A stretch of DNA of 64,000 bases from Blastocystis sp. subtype 4 (lineage: Eukaryota). Positions 13,701-26,854 of this stretch are shown here, piece after piece. How positions within the stretch are numbered: position 1 is the stretch's first letter; every line of letters begins with the position of its first letter. The stretch spans positions 1 through 64,000 of the forward strand of contig NW_014569523.1 of the NCBI RefSeq assembly GCF_000743755.1, read 5' to 3'. Under the pieces are notes generated by a model. That model did not search any database. It was not told the origin of the DNA and was given only the letters and a program-made list of their open reading frames with translations. The position numbers and the translations under genes were made by a program.

Positions 13701-14695
13701 CGAATTCACATTAGAATCAACCTTTTCATTCTTCTTCCAATAACCTGAATACTCCAATATCCCTCCTCGACCAAAACTACGACCTTCTCCTTCTCGTAGT
13801 CCTTTGTGAAACTCACCATCATAAACACACATTCCATCTTCATACTCCTTTCCAAGTCCTTCTCGTTGGTTATGCTTGTACTGACCTTTGTAAATCACTT
13901 TCCGACCTCCATCATATTCTGTTCCCTCACCATTACGATAAAAACGACCTTCTTCTGTAATCTCGTATCCCCCTTCATAGATAAGTTCTCCATGACGATC
14001 AAACTCCATCATGGTTGTCTCAGTAAATTGCTTCAATACCATGGAAACAGAGCCATTTGAAAAGATACAAACATCTCGAACACTACCATCTGGGTGAAAA
14101 CGAGTTCCCTTTCCATCAGGTTCCCCAGTTTGATGATTAAAAGACCCCATATATGACAGAATATTGGAGTCATCATATAACGATATATAACTACGTCCTT
14201 CTGCATCATAAGTGATCGAAGCGTTTAGTCGTTTCCCATGTTGATAAAAGCAATCTCCAAGATAAGAACCATCTTTGTCATATTCACTCCCAATACCATG
14301 ACGATCACTTCTAGAAAACTCACCGGCAAACAATAACAATCCATCCTCATAAATTTCACCTTTTCCCTCAATATAGTTATCTTTGTACACACAACTTAGC
14401 TTACAAATACCATTACGATCAAATAGAGCGGCAGGACCGTTCCTTTTATTCTTCTTATACTCACACTCCATGGTATCTCCATCATGTGGATATGCAAAAT
14501 GAATAAGACCTGGTCCTTCAAGAATACCGTTTTTGCGCTGAACAGTCACCGAATCCACTACATATCCGTGCAAATATCCTGTAAGAATATTATTGGAGTC
14601 GTCAAAATGGCATTCACCAGGCCACCCTAAAGGATGAGTTGAATCAAATACTGAATACCCTTGTCGCGCTCTGGGTTAAGAACCAGTTGAAGCAT
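10766..14695 (-). CDS. Multidomain protein: MORN repeats, Pro/Ser-rich linker, EH-like domain, LRR-like repeats
   Basis: MORN-type repeats (YEGGY, YKGQYKHNQREGLGKEY, YDGEFHKGLREGEG). EH-like segment ILQLVDPKETGQIHLREFAMVSHLCYLWSQGFPVPKVLPDSL. Repeats such as LPQLESIIIGEDSF and CPLLQSVSIGNGSF. Spliced model runs from MLQLVLNPERDK (14695) to TGA at 10766-10768. Confidence 0.7.
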
Positions 14696-14845
14696 TTCAG
14701 CAAGTCTTACCACAGAATAAATGAATGACCAGTTCGAAGATATCCAATTCCCTCAAAAGACTTCTATTCGTAAGAACAGAGTGGATAGAGGCTGTACTAG
14801 AATCTAGCATCTCAATCACTTTGTTCTTGATTGTGTAGGGTCCTT

Positions 14846-16892
14846 ATGAGTAATCCCTTACTACAGTTACTCGGAAGTGTAGCAAGCAAAGAAGGGTACA
14901 ATCGATATGTAACTGCTGATTATGTGTAGACTGTTGAAGGAAGTCATGTATCGTATTCAAGAAGGAAGTCCCTTAGAGGTTATTAACAATATTGTCTTCT
15001 TTGCTCTTGACTCATCTGTTCTCTCTCCATTTGACTGGATCTACCCAAAACCTACATCTCTTTTTGTTGTTGCAAAGGTGTAAAATTCGATCTGATTATT
15101 ATTGTGTAGGTAAAGTTGATTGACGATATCATGAAGGTAAAAGGACAAAAAACAGCAACAACAGATGTTGTGATCCAATGTATCAGCTTATTCTGTAGGA
15201 GATGCATTCATTTTTGAAGGAATTACTCTTTCCGAAGATTTCTCACATCAACACAACCAATCAGCCCTTTCCCGTAATAATGAATCCTGTATGATATTTT
15301 AGAACATCTATAGTGACGAGAAGAAGACAATTCTCAATACCTCTGTTTTGTCTCCTTTAACATATGAGTATGGACTCTATGTGATTACTATTGTTTAGAG
15401 AATCATTTGATATCCAGATGACTCGATGTTACATTCGACTCTTGCCCGAAGTTCCCTTTATCATGTTTTACGAGGAGTCTGGAGTTGAATATTGGATGAC
15501 ACAGTTCTTTGACACTACTGGAACAGAAACGATCACAATCATGGATAACCAGCAGTTTTACGCTAGTGAGTCAATTGCCACATTCATGAACCCTTTCTTG
15601 AAATCAACTCCAACAGAATCTGTTTCCTGCCGTAGTCTCTTTGTGCTCTCTTCCAGTTCACCTTCCTTGCCTCTTCATACACTTCTCCAAGAGAATCTTC
15701 CAGCTTCGTTTCTTGGTGTGTTGTATTCGTATCCTTGTGACACTGAATCTCCATCAACTCCCTCGCTCCAACCTCCTATGAAGGCTCCCTGTGAGATTTT
15801 ATTACGCTACTCACTCCAACCGTATTCCTCCTTATTGCTCGAGTCGGACCGGTTGAATGATGAACTAACTGTGGTTCTCACCAATCTTCAGTCACTCACC
15901 AAACACTCTTGGCTGTGCATCGACCAAACTCTACTCCAGTCACCTTTGGACTATGCAGACTCTCTCTATCAGGCCGTTCTTCAGTGTTCTACTCCTGAGC
16001 AAGCGCTCACAACAGCTCGTGATCTTCTCTACGCTATTCCTACTCTGAAAGATCCGCCTACAATCGCAGAGAATCTTCATTCATCTCTGAGTGATATTGT
16101 TCTGAAAGGATTAGATGTTATTCGAGATGTTCTTGCTTCTAATACTTCACTAACGAGTTCTCGAATGCAAGAATGGTGTGCAGAGATTGATGCTGTGACA
16201 GACCTTCTCCAGATCGTATTAGAACATGGACTGAGAAGCATCACAGTACGTCTGCTTCGAGAACTGTCATCACGAAACATTCCTGTGACAAATATTCCAG
16301 TGATCGATGTATCAGAACAATCCTTAGAGAATCTAGATCCATGGGTTTCAAGTATTCATCGTGGTCTCCGGTTATTTGGATTCTATTGTTTGTTTGAGGT
16401 TTCAGTTTGTTCTGGGAACTTGAATCACATGTAGACAGTATTATCAAAGGCAGATCTACAATTCTGTAGTGACATCTTGTTGAAAGCAGTTCTGAACTCA
16501 GATTCTTCTGTGATACTTCTATTACTTCCACCAGATATCGCTGTTCATTTACTTACAAGTTTGTCTGCACCTGAAATGGTAATGCAGAAGAGTACCTATA
16601 AGGAGGGAGAAGAACAGAAGTTAGAATTGAATGAAACGGAGATGGAAACGATGAAGTTGCTGACAGAAAAGTCAATGTGGAAAGAACGGTACTTGACACA
16701 AGAAGAAGTGGGTGAGCTACAGAAGACTCTTCGATCTCATTTTAACGAAGAGATTGTTGCCCAAACAATAAAGAACTTTGAAGAACGGAATGTGTAAGGG
16801 AATGAGAACATGTTAATTGAATAGAGCAATGAATGTGCAGTCCGAGTACAGATACATTCAGGTTTCTGTGAAGTGTGGGACTACCTGCTTTT
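14846..16892 (+). CDS. Putative Zwilch (RZZ kinetochore complex subunit) homolog; stop probably completed by poly(A)
   Basis: LDYADSLY, PTIAENLHSSLSDIV, LLQIVLEHGLRSI and SSIHRGLRL match my recollection of the conserved Zwilch C-terminal blocks. The last exon (after intron 16794-16824) ends ...VSVKCGTTCF+T at 16892, 5 nt before TGTTTGTT (16897-16904). Confidence 0.55.
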
Positions 16893-16959
16893 GTCTTGTT
16901 TGTTATGAGACCGAATTGCCGTTTTTGTTTCCCTCCCAAATTGGTATTCATCTGTTTCG

Positions 16960-19900
16960 ATGAAGATACTGAATGTTGCAGAGAAGCCATCGGTAGCAAA
17001 AGAACTAACCGCAATTCTCTCCAAGAACCGGTGTTCTCGAGTATTGTTGTTGAAGAGGATTCACTATAGAGAAACGGACTGTCCAAGTACAATCCAGTCT
17101 TTGAGTTTTCTTGTCGAGTACTTACTGATAATGATACCATGGTGGTAACTTCATTAGCTGGGCACATGATGGAGTTAGACTTTCCCGAACAATTCCGGTA
17201 CTTTTTCGTTTTGGCGTTCATTCTTAGGAAATGGAATTCAGTTGACCCAATACAGCTCTTTTCTCTTGAAGTGTACAAATCGGTGAAAGAAGATATGAAA
17301 CAAATTTATCGTAATTGTTGGATTGAGTTAACAACTAGGACAAGTTCAGAAAGAAGCACGAGGATGCCAAGCACTTTGTTTATGGTTGGATTGCGATCGT
17401 GAGGGAGAGAACATTGCCTTTGAGGTAATTGAATGTGTTAAAAAGGTAAATGCCCGCGTTCACATCTTACGAGCTCACTTCTCAGCGTTAATTCCAAGTG
17501 ATATTTGGAAGGCAATCAAAACTCTAACACCACCTGATGAAAACATGGCTAAAGCAGCAGATGCTCGTCAGGAGATTGATCTTCGGATTGGTTGTGCTTA
17601 TACTCGATATCAAACATTGCTTCTGCGAGATAGTGTTCCTGAAGTCAATACAGTTGTTTCTTATGGACCGTGCCAGTTTCCTACTCTCGGTTTTGTGGTA
17701 GAACGTTACCTTCAGCGTCATGTATTCAATACTCTTTATTTTCACTCTAGAACTTCATTCCAGAACCATTTTGGACAATTGCAGTGACAATCGAATCAAA
17801 TGATCCTTCTCAAGAATTAACTCCGAAGGAACGACAAGTAAAGTTGCGATGGAGTCGTAATCGCCTGTTTGACAAATTGGTGACAGTTACGTTATTTTCA
17901 TTGATTGCTTCGGAGAAAATTGCTACTGTAAACAAGTAAATGATATCCATGAAGTGTAAGAGATAGATTGAATGAGAAACTGCGAAACAAATACAAACCA
18001 CTTCCATTGAATACAGTGGAACTCCAAAAACGATGTGCTCGTTATCTGAAATTAAGTTCTGACGATACCATGCGAATCTGTGAAGCATTATATCAAAAGG
18101 GTTATATTTCGTACCCACGTACAGAAACCACATTCTTTTCCGATGGATTTGATCTCCAAGGGTTATTACAACTTCATGCTTCAAATCCAACTTGGGGTTC
18201 ATATGTTCAGAATCTTTTAAATGGAGGGTTTATGAAGCCTCGAAAAGGAAAAGGATGTGATGAAGCCCATCCTCCCATTCATCCTACTAAACAGTTAGAT
18301 ATTTCGACTGCTGGAAGTATATGTATTGAATGAATGAACTTGTGAATACTAGGTTCCGGTTTCACTCCATCGCAAATCTTTTCTGTTTATGAGTATATTA
18401 CTCGTCATTTCCTTGCTTGCTGTAGTAAGGATGCTGTACTAGCTGAAACTGAACTCCAAGTGGCGATTGGATATGAATGGTTCAATGCTCGAGGAGTAAT
18501 CATCAAAGAGAAGAACTATCTCGATATTTATAAATACGAACGACAATCTGAGAATTCTCTTCCTCCATTCCATGTAGGTGAACAAGTTGGGATCATCGAT
18601 TCTCATGTTGAGGAAAGTGTAACAACGGTACAGCTGGAGAATGCTTTTGATTCCATAGGCTCCAGAATTGTTATCAGAGCCTGAATTGATTGCAATGATG
18701 GATAAGGAAGGAATCGGAACAGATGCTACCATCTCCGAACACATTGCTACGATCCTCAAACGGAACTATGCAGAGAAGACTCCAACTGGAAGATTCACTC
18801 CAACCAACATTGGTCTCGCCTTAGTAGAAACGTAGAAACTGTGTTCCACTTCTATTGTAGTTACATGTATCTTGATTATCCTTTGTATAAGCCATTCTTA
18901 CGAGCTCATATGGAACGAGAATGCAGTCAGATTTGCACGGGGATCACACATTATCAAGATGTTGTTGATAGTTGTATTGCAGAAATGAGGCAGGTTTTTT
19001 GTGATGTAGAAATAGTGGATATTTCTGTTATGTAGATATCGCGTCGAAAAGAACAGTTCAAGAACACATTCATTCAGTTCATGCATAAAGATATTCCTGA
19101 AGTATCTCTGTGTGTAGCCTCAGTGGCTACAGTAGTCGATGAGAGATTCTTCTCTTGTGGACAATGTGGAGGTGATGTCGCTCTGATGACACAGAAGAAA
19201 GGGTCAACGATGGTTCGTTATCTTCAGTGTAATTCATGCAATCTAGTACTATCATTACCAGGAAAAGGTACTTTAAATGTACTTCCACAAATCTGTCCAA
19301 TTTGCCATTTTCAGGTGATTCGTGTTCAGAATGATTCTCAGTCTTATTCAATTTGTTCACATTGCTATAGTAATCCATCTTCTTCCAATACAATAGACAT
19401 TGAGAATCTCCGTGTTGGAGCACGATTGACTTGTTTCAAGTGTACTGCATCTTGTCCTTTTGCTCAGCCACTCTCTACGCCCATTGGACCATGTTACGAT
19501 TGCCGACATGGAGAATTGCAATTAAGACAATCTCGAAATGAGGAGAAAGTCACATCTATTCGATGTAGTAACAGTTCGTGTCGTTGTAGAGTATCATTTG
19601 CTCCAGAGAACATACGTTCTGTTTCCATGAGTGATCATGTTTGTCAGCAATGTCAAGGTTGGATTGTTCGTAGATTGTCACATAGACTTTCTGAATGTTT
19701 CATATCCATTGTTACGAATCGAGTTTGTTGATAGTACGATAGTTCCTGGTGGAGACTATTACTGTAAGATTTGGTATCGCTGATAATGTAGTTTGTCCCG
19801 CGGGACATGATCAACGATACCGAAATCATGGAATAACCTCCTTCAGACCTGTAACAATGGAAACAAAGCCATTTGTAGAGGCAGAGATCCAGGCATGTCG

Positions 19901-20981
19901 TGGTAAGGAACCTGTTCAATTGGAAGAAGAAGTGGCTGATGGAGTTAGTAGGAGAGAGAGAAGGGAATGAGACGTAGAATTGGCATGGTTGGCTCCTGTG
20001 GCTACACAGAAGAAGAATCCAGTTTCAGATGCTTCACAGCAAGTGAGAGCACCTCCACGTGCTTCAGTTCCTCCAAGACCGTCATTACCACCTCAGCAGT
20101 CGACTCCTCCTCCATACTCCTCAGTACCAACACGTGTTTCTGTTCCTTCACATCCATCATATGTCTCAACTCCTCAGTTACCACCTACTCTTCCTCAATC
20201 CTCCTCAGCATCTTATTATCCTTCCCCTCCACAATTATTCAGTCCTCAATACTCTGCTGCTCCTCCGCAATCCTCCTCGTTTCCTGCTTCCTCTCCTCCT
20301 CCTCGATCCCGACAGTCTCTTCCATCTGCTCCTCCGTATCCTTCACCCCAGTACTCCTCACAACCAGTTCCTGTCTGTTTCTGTGGAGATCCTGCAGCTT
20401 CACGTACTGTCACCAAACCAGGTGCCAATACGGGCCGCTCCTTCTACTGTTGCGCTCGTCCCCGCGAGGTCCAGTGTGGTTTCTTCCAGTGGGCAGACGC
20501 TTTACAGTCGGTTCCTCCTCGGTTGAACATCCAGTGTCTCTGTGGGCAACCAGCTGTGCAACGGCAGGTGAGTAAGACAGGACCTAATCAAGGTCGTTCC
20601 TTCTATTGCTGTGGGAAACCCCAGGATCAACAGTGTGGTTTCTTCCAGTGGGCAGATGAGGTTGATGGAAGTGGAAATACGACGTTGTTTCGTTCTCAGC
20701 CAGAGAGAAACACTTCATGCTTTAAGTGTGGGAAGAAAGGACATCTGGCTAACAATTGTCCATCTGGAAGAGAGAAGAAGGAACGGAAAGCTCGAAAAGA
20801 AACAGCTCGAAAAGAAACAACTCGAACCAAGAGGTATCATAGTTGTGATTGCTGGTAATAGTTCAGAAAGAATCAACGTCGTGGAAATCAGCATACTAGT
20901 GATTATCAAATGGATACAGAGAGAGTTGATTATGGAGATGTGGATATGGAAGAATTCCAAGGGTTTGATTGGGAAATGTAA
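16960..20981 (+). CDS. TOP3A: DNA topoisomerase III alpha with Zn ribbons, two GRF zinc fingers and a CCHC knuckle
   Basis: ILNVAEKPSVA, WLDCDREGENI, EIDLRIG, SYGPCQFPTLGFVV, catalytic GYISYPRTET, AHPPIHP and GIGTDAT. Two GRF fingers (GRSFYCC...CGFFQWAD) and CFKCGKKGHLANNC. Likely last intron 20834-20866 gives TAA at 20979-20981; unspliced stop is at 20858. Confidence 0.95.
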
Positions 20982-21108
20982 CATAGTTTGTGTTTGTTTA
21001 TGGTTACATTATAAGAATAGAAGGAGTGACTCATGACTTGTTGTGAGTCGATAGCTTCATTGATGGATTGAATATAAACACTCTCCTAACAAACAAATAA
21101 CAACACAG

Positions 21109-23885
21109 CTAAACGGTCAATGACAAGAGAGCTGACACATGCGATCTGCACTCACCTTGTAAGAACGGCTTCTCCAACAAAATAACAAATGCTTCGCGAA
21201 TATCACCTCGTAGACGTTCTTGAATTGTCGGAGCTCCTACAATCAACCAAAATACCATATAAATACCGCAATTCCACAATTGCTCACAGCTTTCCACACA
21301 GATAGAAATGATGGTCTCACACACCGTTGTAGAGATAACAGAAGCAAGGAATTGGAATACGTCACCCATCACAGGATACTGACTCTGATGGACTGAGCTA
21401 TACCCTAACGATTATTCCCTCTCAATATACACTCACGAGACGAAAGAACTTTGATAACCTTCACAAGGCCCAGTGTCATTGTTAGAACTGACCGAATGGT
21501 GTTGTCACCTTGCTGATTGAGACTTGTCCATGATTGGAGTAATCCAGAGGAATCACTCAACAGTCGTCGAGTTTGAGCCATCAGTTTGCTGAATTTAGAA
21601 TCGCTTACCAGACGTTGCATACTACCATCTAATTCTGGAATTCCAAAAACAAGACCTACATTGTGCATACTGATACAATGGACAGAAAAGCTGGAGAATC
21701 ATATCTGGAATGTGTGGTGCCTGGAGTAAGAGCTCACAGAGCGATGTGATGTACCTCGAATCTTGACTAATAAGTGCGAAATTCTGTGCTACATATGAAA
21801 ATTCAATTGAAGGAAGGACAATGAAGAGATATTGCAATAAGAAGACGCGAAGAAAGATGAAAGATCTTCTGATTGGTAGAATCTCGGCTTTGTAATGAAT
21901 TACGCATTAGTTCCAGTAAGCGATAAATCAATGTACTATCCTCAAGAAGAATCGTTGATCGATCTAAATGAGTAGATATGAGACAACTATACCTGATACC
22001 AATGCATCTAATATGTCTAGAATAATAACTTGAACTCGATTTGACACGGCACGTACACTTCCAGAAGAATCACTTGGATTGGTGTCTCCTGATCGAATAG
22101 AATCTTGTAGATCAACAGATTCTGATATAGTGAGAGGCAAAGTATCAATCATCAGGACATTTATCAACATTGATGGAAAGCGAAGAGATGCAAGGAGTTG
22201 ATAATATTGTTTGAGTTCTGCTTCAGATTGACTTGCCATGTGATAATGAATGATATACGAAAACAGAGTTAACATCGACTCTGAAGGAAATTTGTAGAAA
22301 TTGTGGAGTAGATGTGCTATATTTTCTTCTTGTTCGAGAACGGGAATAAGTGTTGCTACAAATCAACGAAAGAATGTGAGAAGAACGATCTTTGCTGATG
22401 CAGAAGAAAAGGAACTGATGAAGAAATAGAATAATATTGAACGAAGAAATCTCGTTAAGTCGATGACAAACTTCCGAAACTGTTGCAGCTTGGACGATTT
22501 CAGGATCAGCAGCTACAAATGAAGTAAATTTGATGTGGTTACAATTATAGTAAAGTAATGCGAACAGAGACATGACATAATCACTTAAAATCATATCTTG
22601 ACTATGAACCTCCATTTGAATCACAGCTCCTGGAATCGTTTGAACTCCCTGTCCTGATTGCGAGTAATACGGAGAAAAGAGAGCTTCGTACAAGAAATGA
22701 AGAAGTTCAGAAACTTGTTCAGGGAATGTCTGAATCACTGTTTGGGTATCACTCACGAATAAACGGAGTAGATAGAGAAAACAAAGTTCCACGATTCGGT
22801 AGTAATCTTCATTCGAGGCTGCTTCAGGTACAAACGTGCGAATACAATTGAGAATCACAGTGACTCCGATTGATCGAAGTAATTCGGGATGATAGGCTTC
22901 TAGAGGTGAATGAAGAAATGAAGACTTACCATTGGAGACAATTTGATTTAGAATCACAAGAAAAAAACGACACATCGCAACAGTACATTCTCGGGTAAAG
23001 AGAACACTTAACTGGAAAATGATCCCATTGTTCACAAACCAGTCCATATTGTCGGCTAGTTGCATTAACATGCATACCATGGATAACGTCATAGTACATA
23101 ACGAATTCCGACTTTGATCAGGTTGGGCAAGAATAGAGGAACAGATCTTGCATAAATCTGCCATTAGCGGTTTAGGTATCCTTAACACTACACATAAGCA
23201 AACATCAGCCGCAGGCTACCATCGGAAGATAACCGTTGCAAGTACACCAAGATAGAAAAGGAGACTGAGTTGTCTTCACGACGCTCGTTTAAAAGTCGAA
23301 TAAGTAGTGACAGAAACCGATCATACGTTTCATCATCTTTTGGAATATCTAAACATCATACTCAAACCTGGGAGATACAATCCTGAATATCACAAATCGT
23401 ATTGCAAACGATAAGAGAGGCTTCACTAACCATATGCTTTTCCATCTCCTTGTTGCTGGATGCTGCAACTAAGTACTGAAGTGTGTCAGATATCAACACC
23501 AAATCCTCCTTAGTAGTCACTGAGTTCGAATTCTCAGCAAACGAACATCTCAATAACTTGTACGCAGGAATAAGATATTGAATGGTTGTAGGATCGTTTT
23601 CATTGATAATATTTCGAATTTGCTGTACAGTGTCGATATTATCCGTCTGCATTGATTTCTCCTCTTTCAAGCTGGTTCAATACTTTCCAAACTAATCGCA
23701 GCAAAATAAACAAAACAGGACGATTGTCTGCAAGATGTGTATGATTTCTATAGAATTCTAAATATGTTGCCATTAAGTGACTTTGTTGACTCATAAACAT
23801 AAATGAAATCGTTATTGAAGGGAATTACACATCGATACAAATCTATGATTTTGGAATGCCACTGATCAGTAAAGTCTGATAGCAT
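21109..23885 (-). CDS. Hypothetical helical (ARM/HEAT-like) protein
   Basis: Chain of Leu/Ile-rich minus-strand ORFs joined by ~30-nt GT-AG introns. TAG at 21109-21111 is followed by TGTTTGTT at 21095-21088. No family motif recognised. Start uncertain (23885 or 23972). Confidence 0.6.
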
Positions 23886-24023
23886 ATCTGCGATTCGATG
23901 AATCTTTATAGATAACAAGAAAGAGACTTCCGAAAACTCAATGAAACTGTTATAATGAAACGCTCTGGTCATTTCACCATAGCCTCAATCTCTTGGGTTT
24001 AGAACTCTATCGATATCTCAATA

Positions 24024-25136
24024 ATGGGTTTCAGTATGTTGGACAGATCTGACATAGAATTGCTATTCTTTTAGAACTGTTTCTAATCATTTTGTTAGAT
24101 GACGGTAATCGAGGAAGAGGTGGCTTCAATGGAGGAAGAGGAGGCCGAGGTGGTTCTCGTGGAGGAGACCGAAACAATTCTCGTGGTGGAAGAGGTGGAT
24201 TTAACAGTGGTCGCGGAGGAGCGCGTGGTGGACGTGGAGGACGTGGTGGATCAAGAGGAGGAGCTCGCGGAGGACGCGGTGGAGCCAAAGGAGGAGCTAA
24301 GGTGACAGTTGAACCTCATAAGTATGAAAAGTATGTTTGATTTACAGATAGGTTTGGTGGTGTATATATTGCTCATTCGTCGAAGGAAGATATGCTATGT
24401 ACTCTTAACTTTGCTCCTGGTTGTACAGTGTATGGAGAAAAGAAGATCTCTATTGATAAACCGGTACTCGTTGATAACTGGAGTTATGATTAGGGAAGTG
24501 CTGGAGAAAAGATCGAGTATAGACAGTGGAATCCCTTCCGTTCCAAGTTGGGAGCTGCTATTTTGGTATATGCATTTGGGGTTGAATGATCCATGTAGGG
24601 AGGAATTGGTAATATCTGGATGGGTCCTGGAAGCAAAGTATTGTATTTGGGAGCTGCTTCTGGAACTACTGTATCGCATGTATCTGATCTTGTTGGACCT
24701 GTAGGGATCCTGTAGTGTTGTTGAGAAATAGGAGGGAGTTGTATATGCTGTTGAGTTTTCTCATCGACCCGGTCGTGATTTATTGAATGTGGCAAAGACT
24801 CGAACAAACATCGTTCCTATCATTGAAGATGCTCGTCACCCTCTCAAATACCGTATTCTTGTGGGTCTTGTTGATACCATCTTTGCGGATGTGGCTCAAC
24901 CTGATCAAGCTCGTATTGTGGGAATCAATGCCAAGTACTTCCTGAAGAATGGAGGTCACTGTGTCATTTCGATCAAGGCTTCCTGTATCGATTCAACTGC
25001 TTCTCCTGAAGCTGTGTTTGCGTCCGAAGTACAGAAGTTGAGAGAGGAGAAGTTCAAGCCGCTGGAACAGCTGACACTGGAACCATATGAGCGTGATCAT
25101 GCTGTTGTGACTGGAGAGTATCGTCCTAACAATTGA
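24024..25136 (+). CDS. FBL: Fibrillarin (box C/D snoRNP methyltransferase)
   Basis: N-terminal GAR/RGG domain, then [57 protein letters not shown] and [11 protein letters not shown]. Confidence 0.97.
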
Positions 25137-25235
25137 TCGTTTATCTGTGTTATATGATCTGTTTGAGAAAAACCTGCGATTGATAAGATTCTATTAGCAA
25201 ACAATCCAAGTATCGATAACACCAGCCCATTTTGC

Positions 25236-25871
25236 TTATGCAGTGAGGATACAGGCACCTCCAGCAGCCTTGATCTTCTTCTCAGCCTATTCCATCATTT
25301 TCCATCTCAAAACACACAATGCTGCTGATGAACTTCGTCTTCACAATGATAGGTCTGTCGATATGACCTCTGCCCAGAAGCTTGAACACTCCATGCTGAG
25401 TCAAATCAATCATAGGAGCCTTCGATGTGTCCTTAGCAGCCTGTTCTCTCACCTCAGCGGGAACCAGACTCCACACCTCATCCAAGTTCATCGTGGGGCA
25501 GTACATAGCCTCACGGTTCAGATGGAAGTGTCTCATACCGACCTTTCCGAAGTAACCAGGATGGCTAGCAATATCAACACCTCTTCATGAACACTTACAA
25601 CTTATCGAAAAGGATACGAGCATGGAGCAAACCTCCAGCCTTACCACGTCCAGAAGGATGGCAACGATGCTTTCCTAGAGATGAATGAAAACCCTCTACA
25701 ACGTACCAATACGTCCGTGACCGGCACTAACGTGTCCTCTGGCCTTTCTGTTCTTGCTGAATCTAGTAGGCTATAAAATGGTGAGACTAGGTCGAAATCA
25801 AGATGGAGACTATCAATCTCCTAATTAACTTCCACAAAGATAGAAACCATTATTTCAACACTACATACCAT
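25236..25871 (-). CDS. RPL27A: 60S ribosomal protein L27a (uL15)
   Basis: [54 protein letters not shown] and [19 protein letters not shown] is followed directly by a 98-nt first intron. Confidence 0.95.
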
Positions 25872-26131
25872 ATTCCTTGCTGGTGAAACCGATATCTACT
25901 GAGAAACCAGAAACCAAAGAGTAAGTGCAATGAGTATGAATAGAAAGCCGAGAAACCTACTGTCTCTGTATTGATATCATTTATTGCCATTCATTGCATT
26001 GGTTATTATCTCTTGAATGGTATGGAAGTTATATAGTTTACCACTTCTAAATGGATGTAAAAGACTCAACAACATCAAAGGAAATTCGAACAAACAGATT
26101 TATTCTTCTTCTGTTTCTCCATTGACAATCC

Positions 26132-26688
26132 TTATGTATGAGGCTTCTCCTTCTTTCCACGGAACAGAGCAAGGAGAGAAGTCTTGGAGACACATACCAC
26201 CTTGAAACGGACTCCAGGAATATCACCCACAGCGTGACCGGAACGACCGAATCCAGCAATCAAGACTTCATCATTCTCATCCACAAAGTTCAGACAACCA
26301 TCACGAGGAACGAAGGCAGTGATCTTCTTTCCATTCTTGATCAACTGAACACGGACGCACTTACGAATGGCATTAGGCTGCTTAGCTTCCACTCCACTAC
26401 CCATCAATCACCAATCATCAATACCTACACCTTCTCAAGAACAATACCCTTTGCCATAGTGGCTCCTCCAAGGACATTAGCCTTAATCGAAGAAATGTTG
26501 TGTCCCTTCTTGTAAGTCTAGACGATTAAAACAATTAGCTGAGTTAATCACCTTATCAGCCCATCTCTCATTACGACGAACCACACGAAGTTTACGAGCA
26601 GCACGAATACCACAAGGTTTTCTATACAAATGGATGAGAAATCAAATCATCAGCAAGATGGCCAGATGCATACTTACCCCTTACCCAT
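26132..26688 (-). CDS. RPS23: 40S ribosomal protein S23 (uS12)
   Basis: [16 protein letters not shown] and [33 protein letters not shown]...[11 protein letters not shown]. Confidence 0.97.
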
Positions 26689-26854
26689 TTCAAATGAATA
26701 AAATCAACGGAAGAAGAATTCCTATTCTATGAAATCGATTATCATGCTGGGGTAAAATAGCAAAGGCAGGAAATGGATAACGTTCTGTCAGGAATTGATT
26801 ATTCCCGCTTTCTTCGTTTCCTTTTGATGTACGATATTTCTCGATTGGAGGAGA

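Noticed and set aside
14696..14845. ATG at 14721 only 25 nt from the divergent MORN-gene start
   Set aside because: No plausible splice keeps that frame open; ATG 14846 joins cleanly to the next exon.
24031..24288. Pro/Arg-rich minus-strand ORF
   Set aside because: Antisense shadow of the fibrillarin RGG domain.
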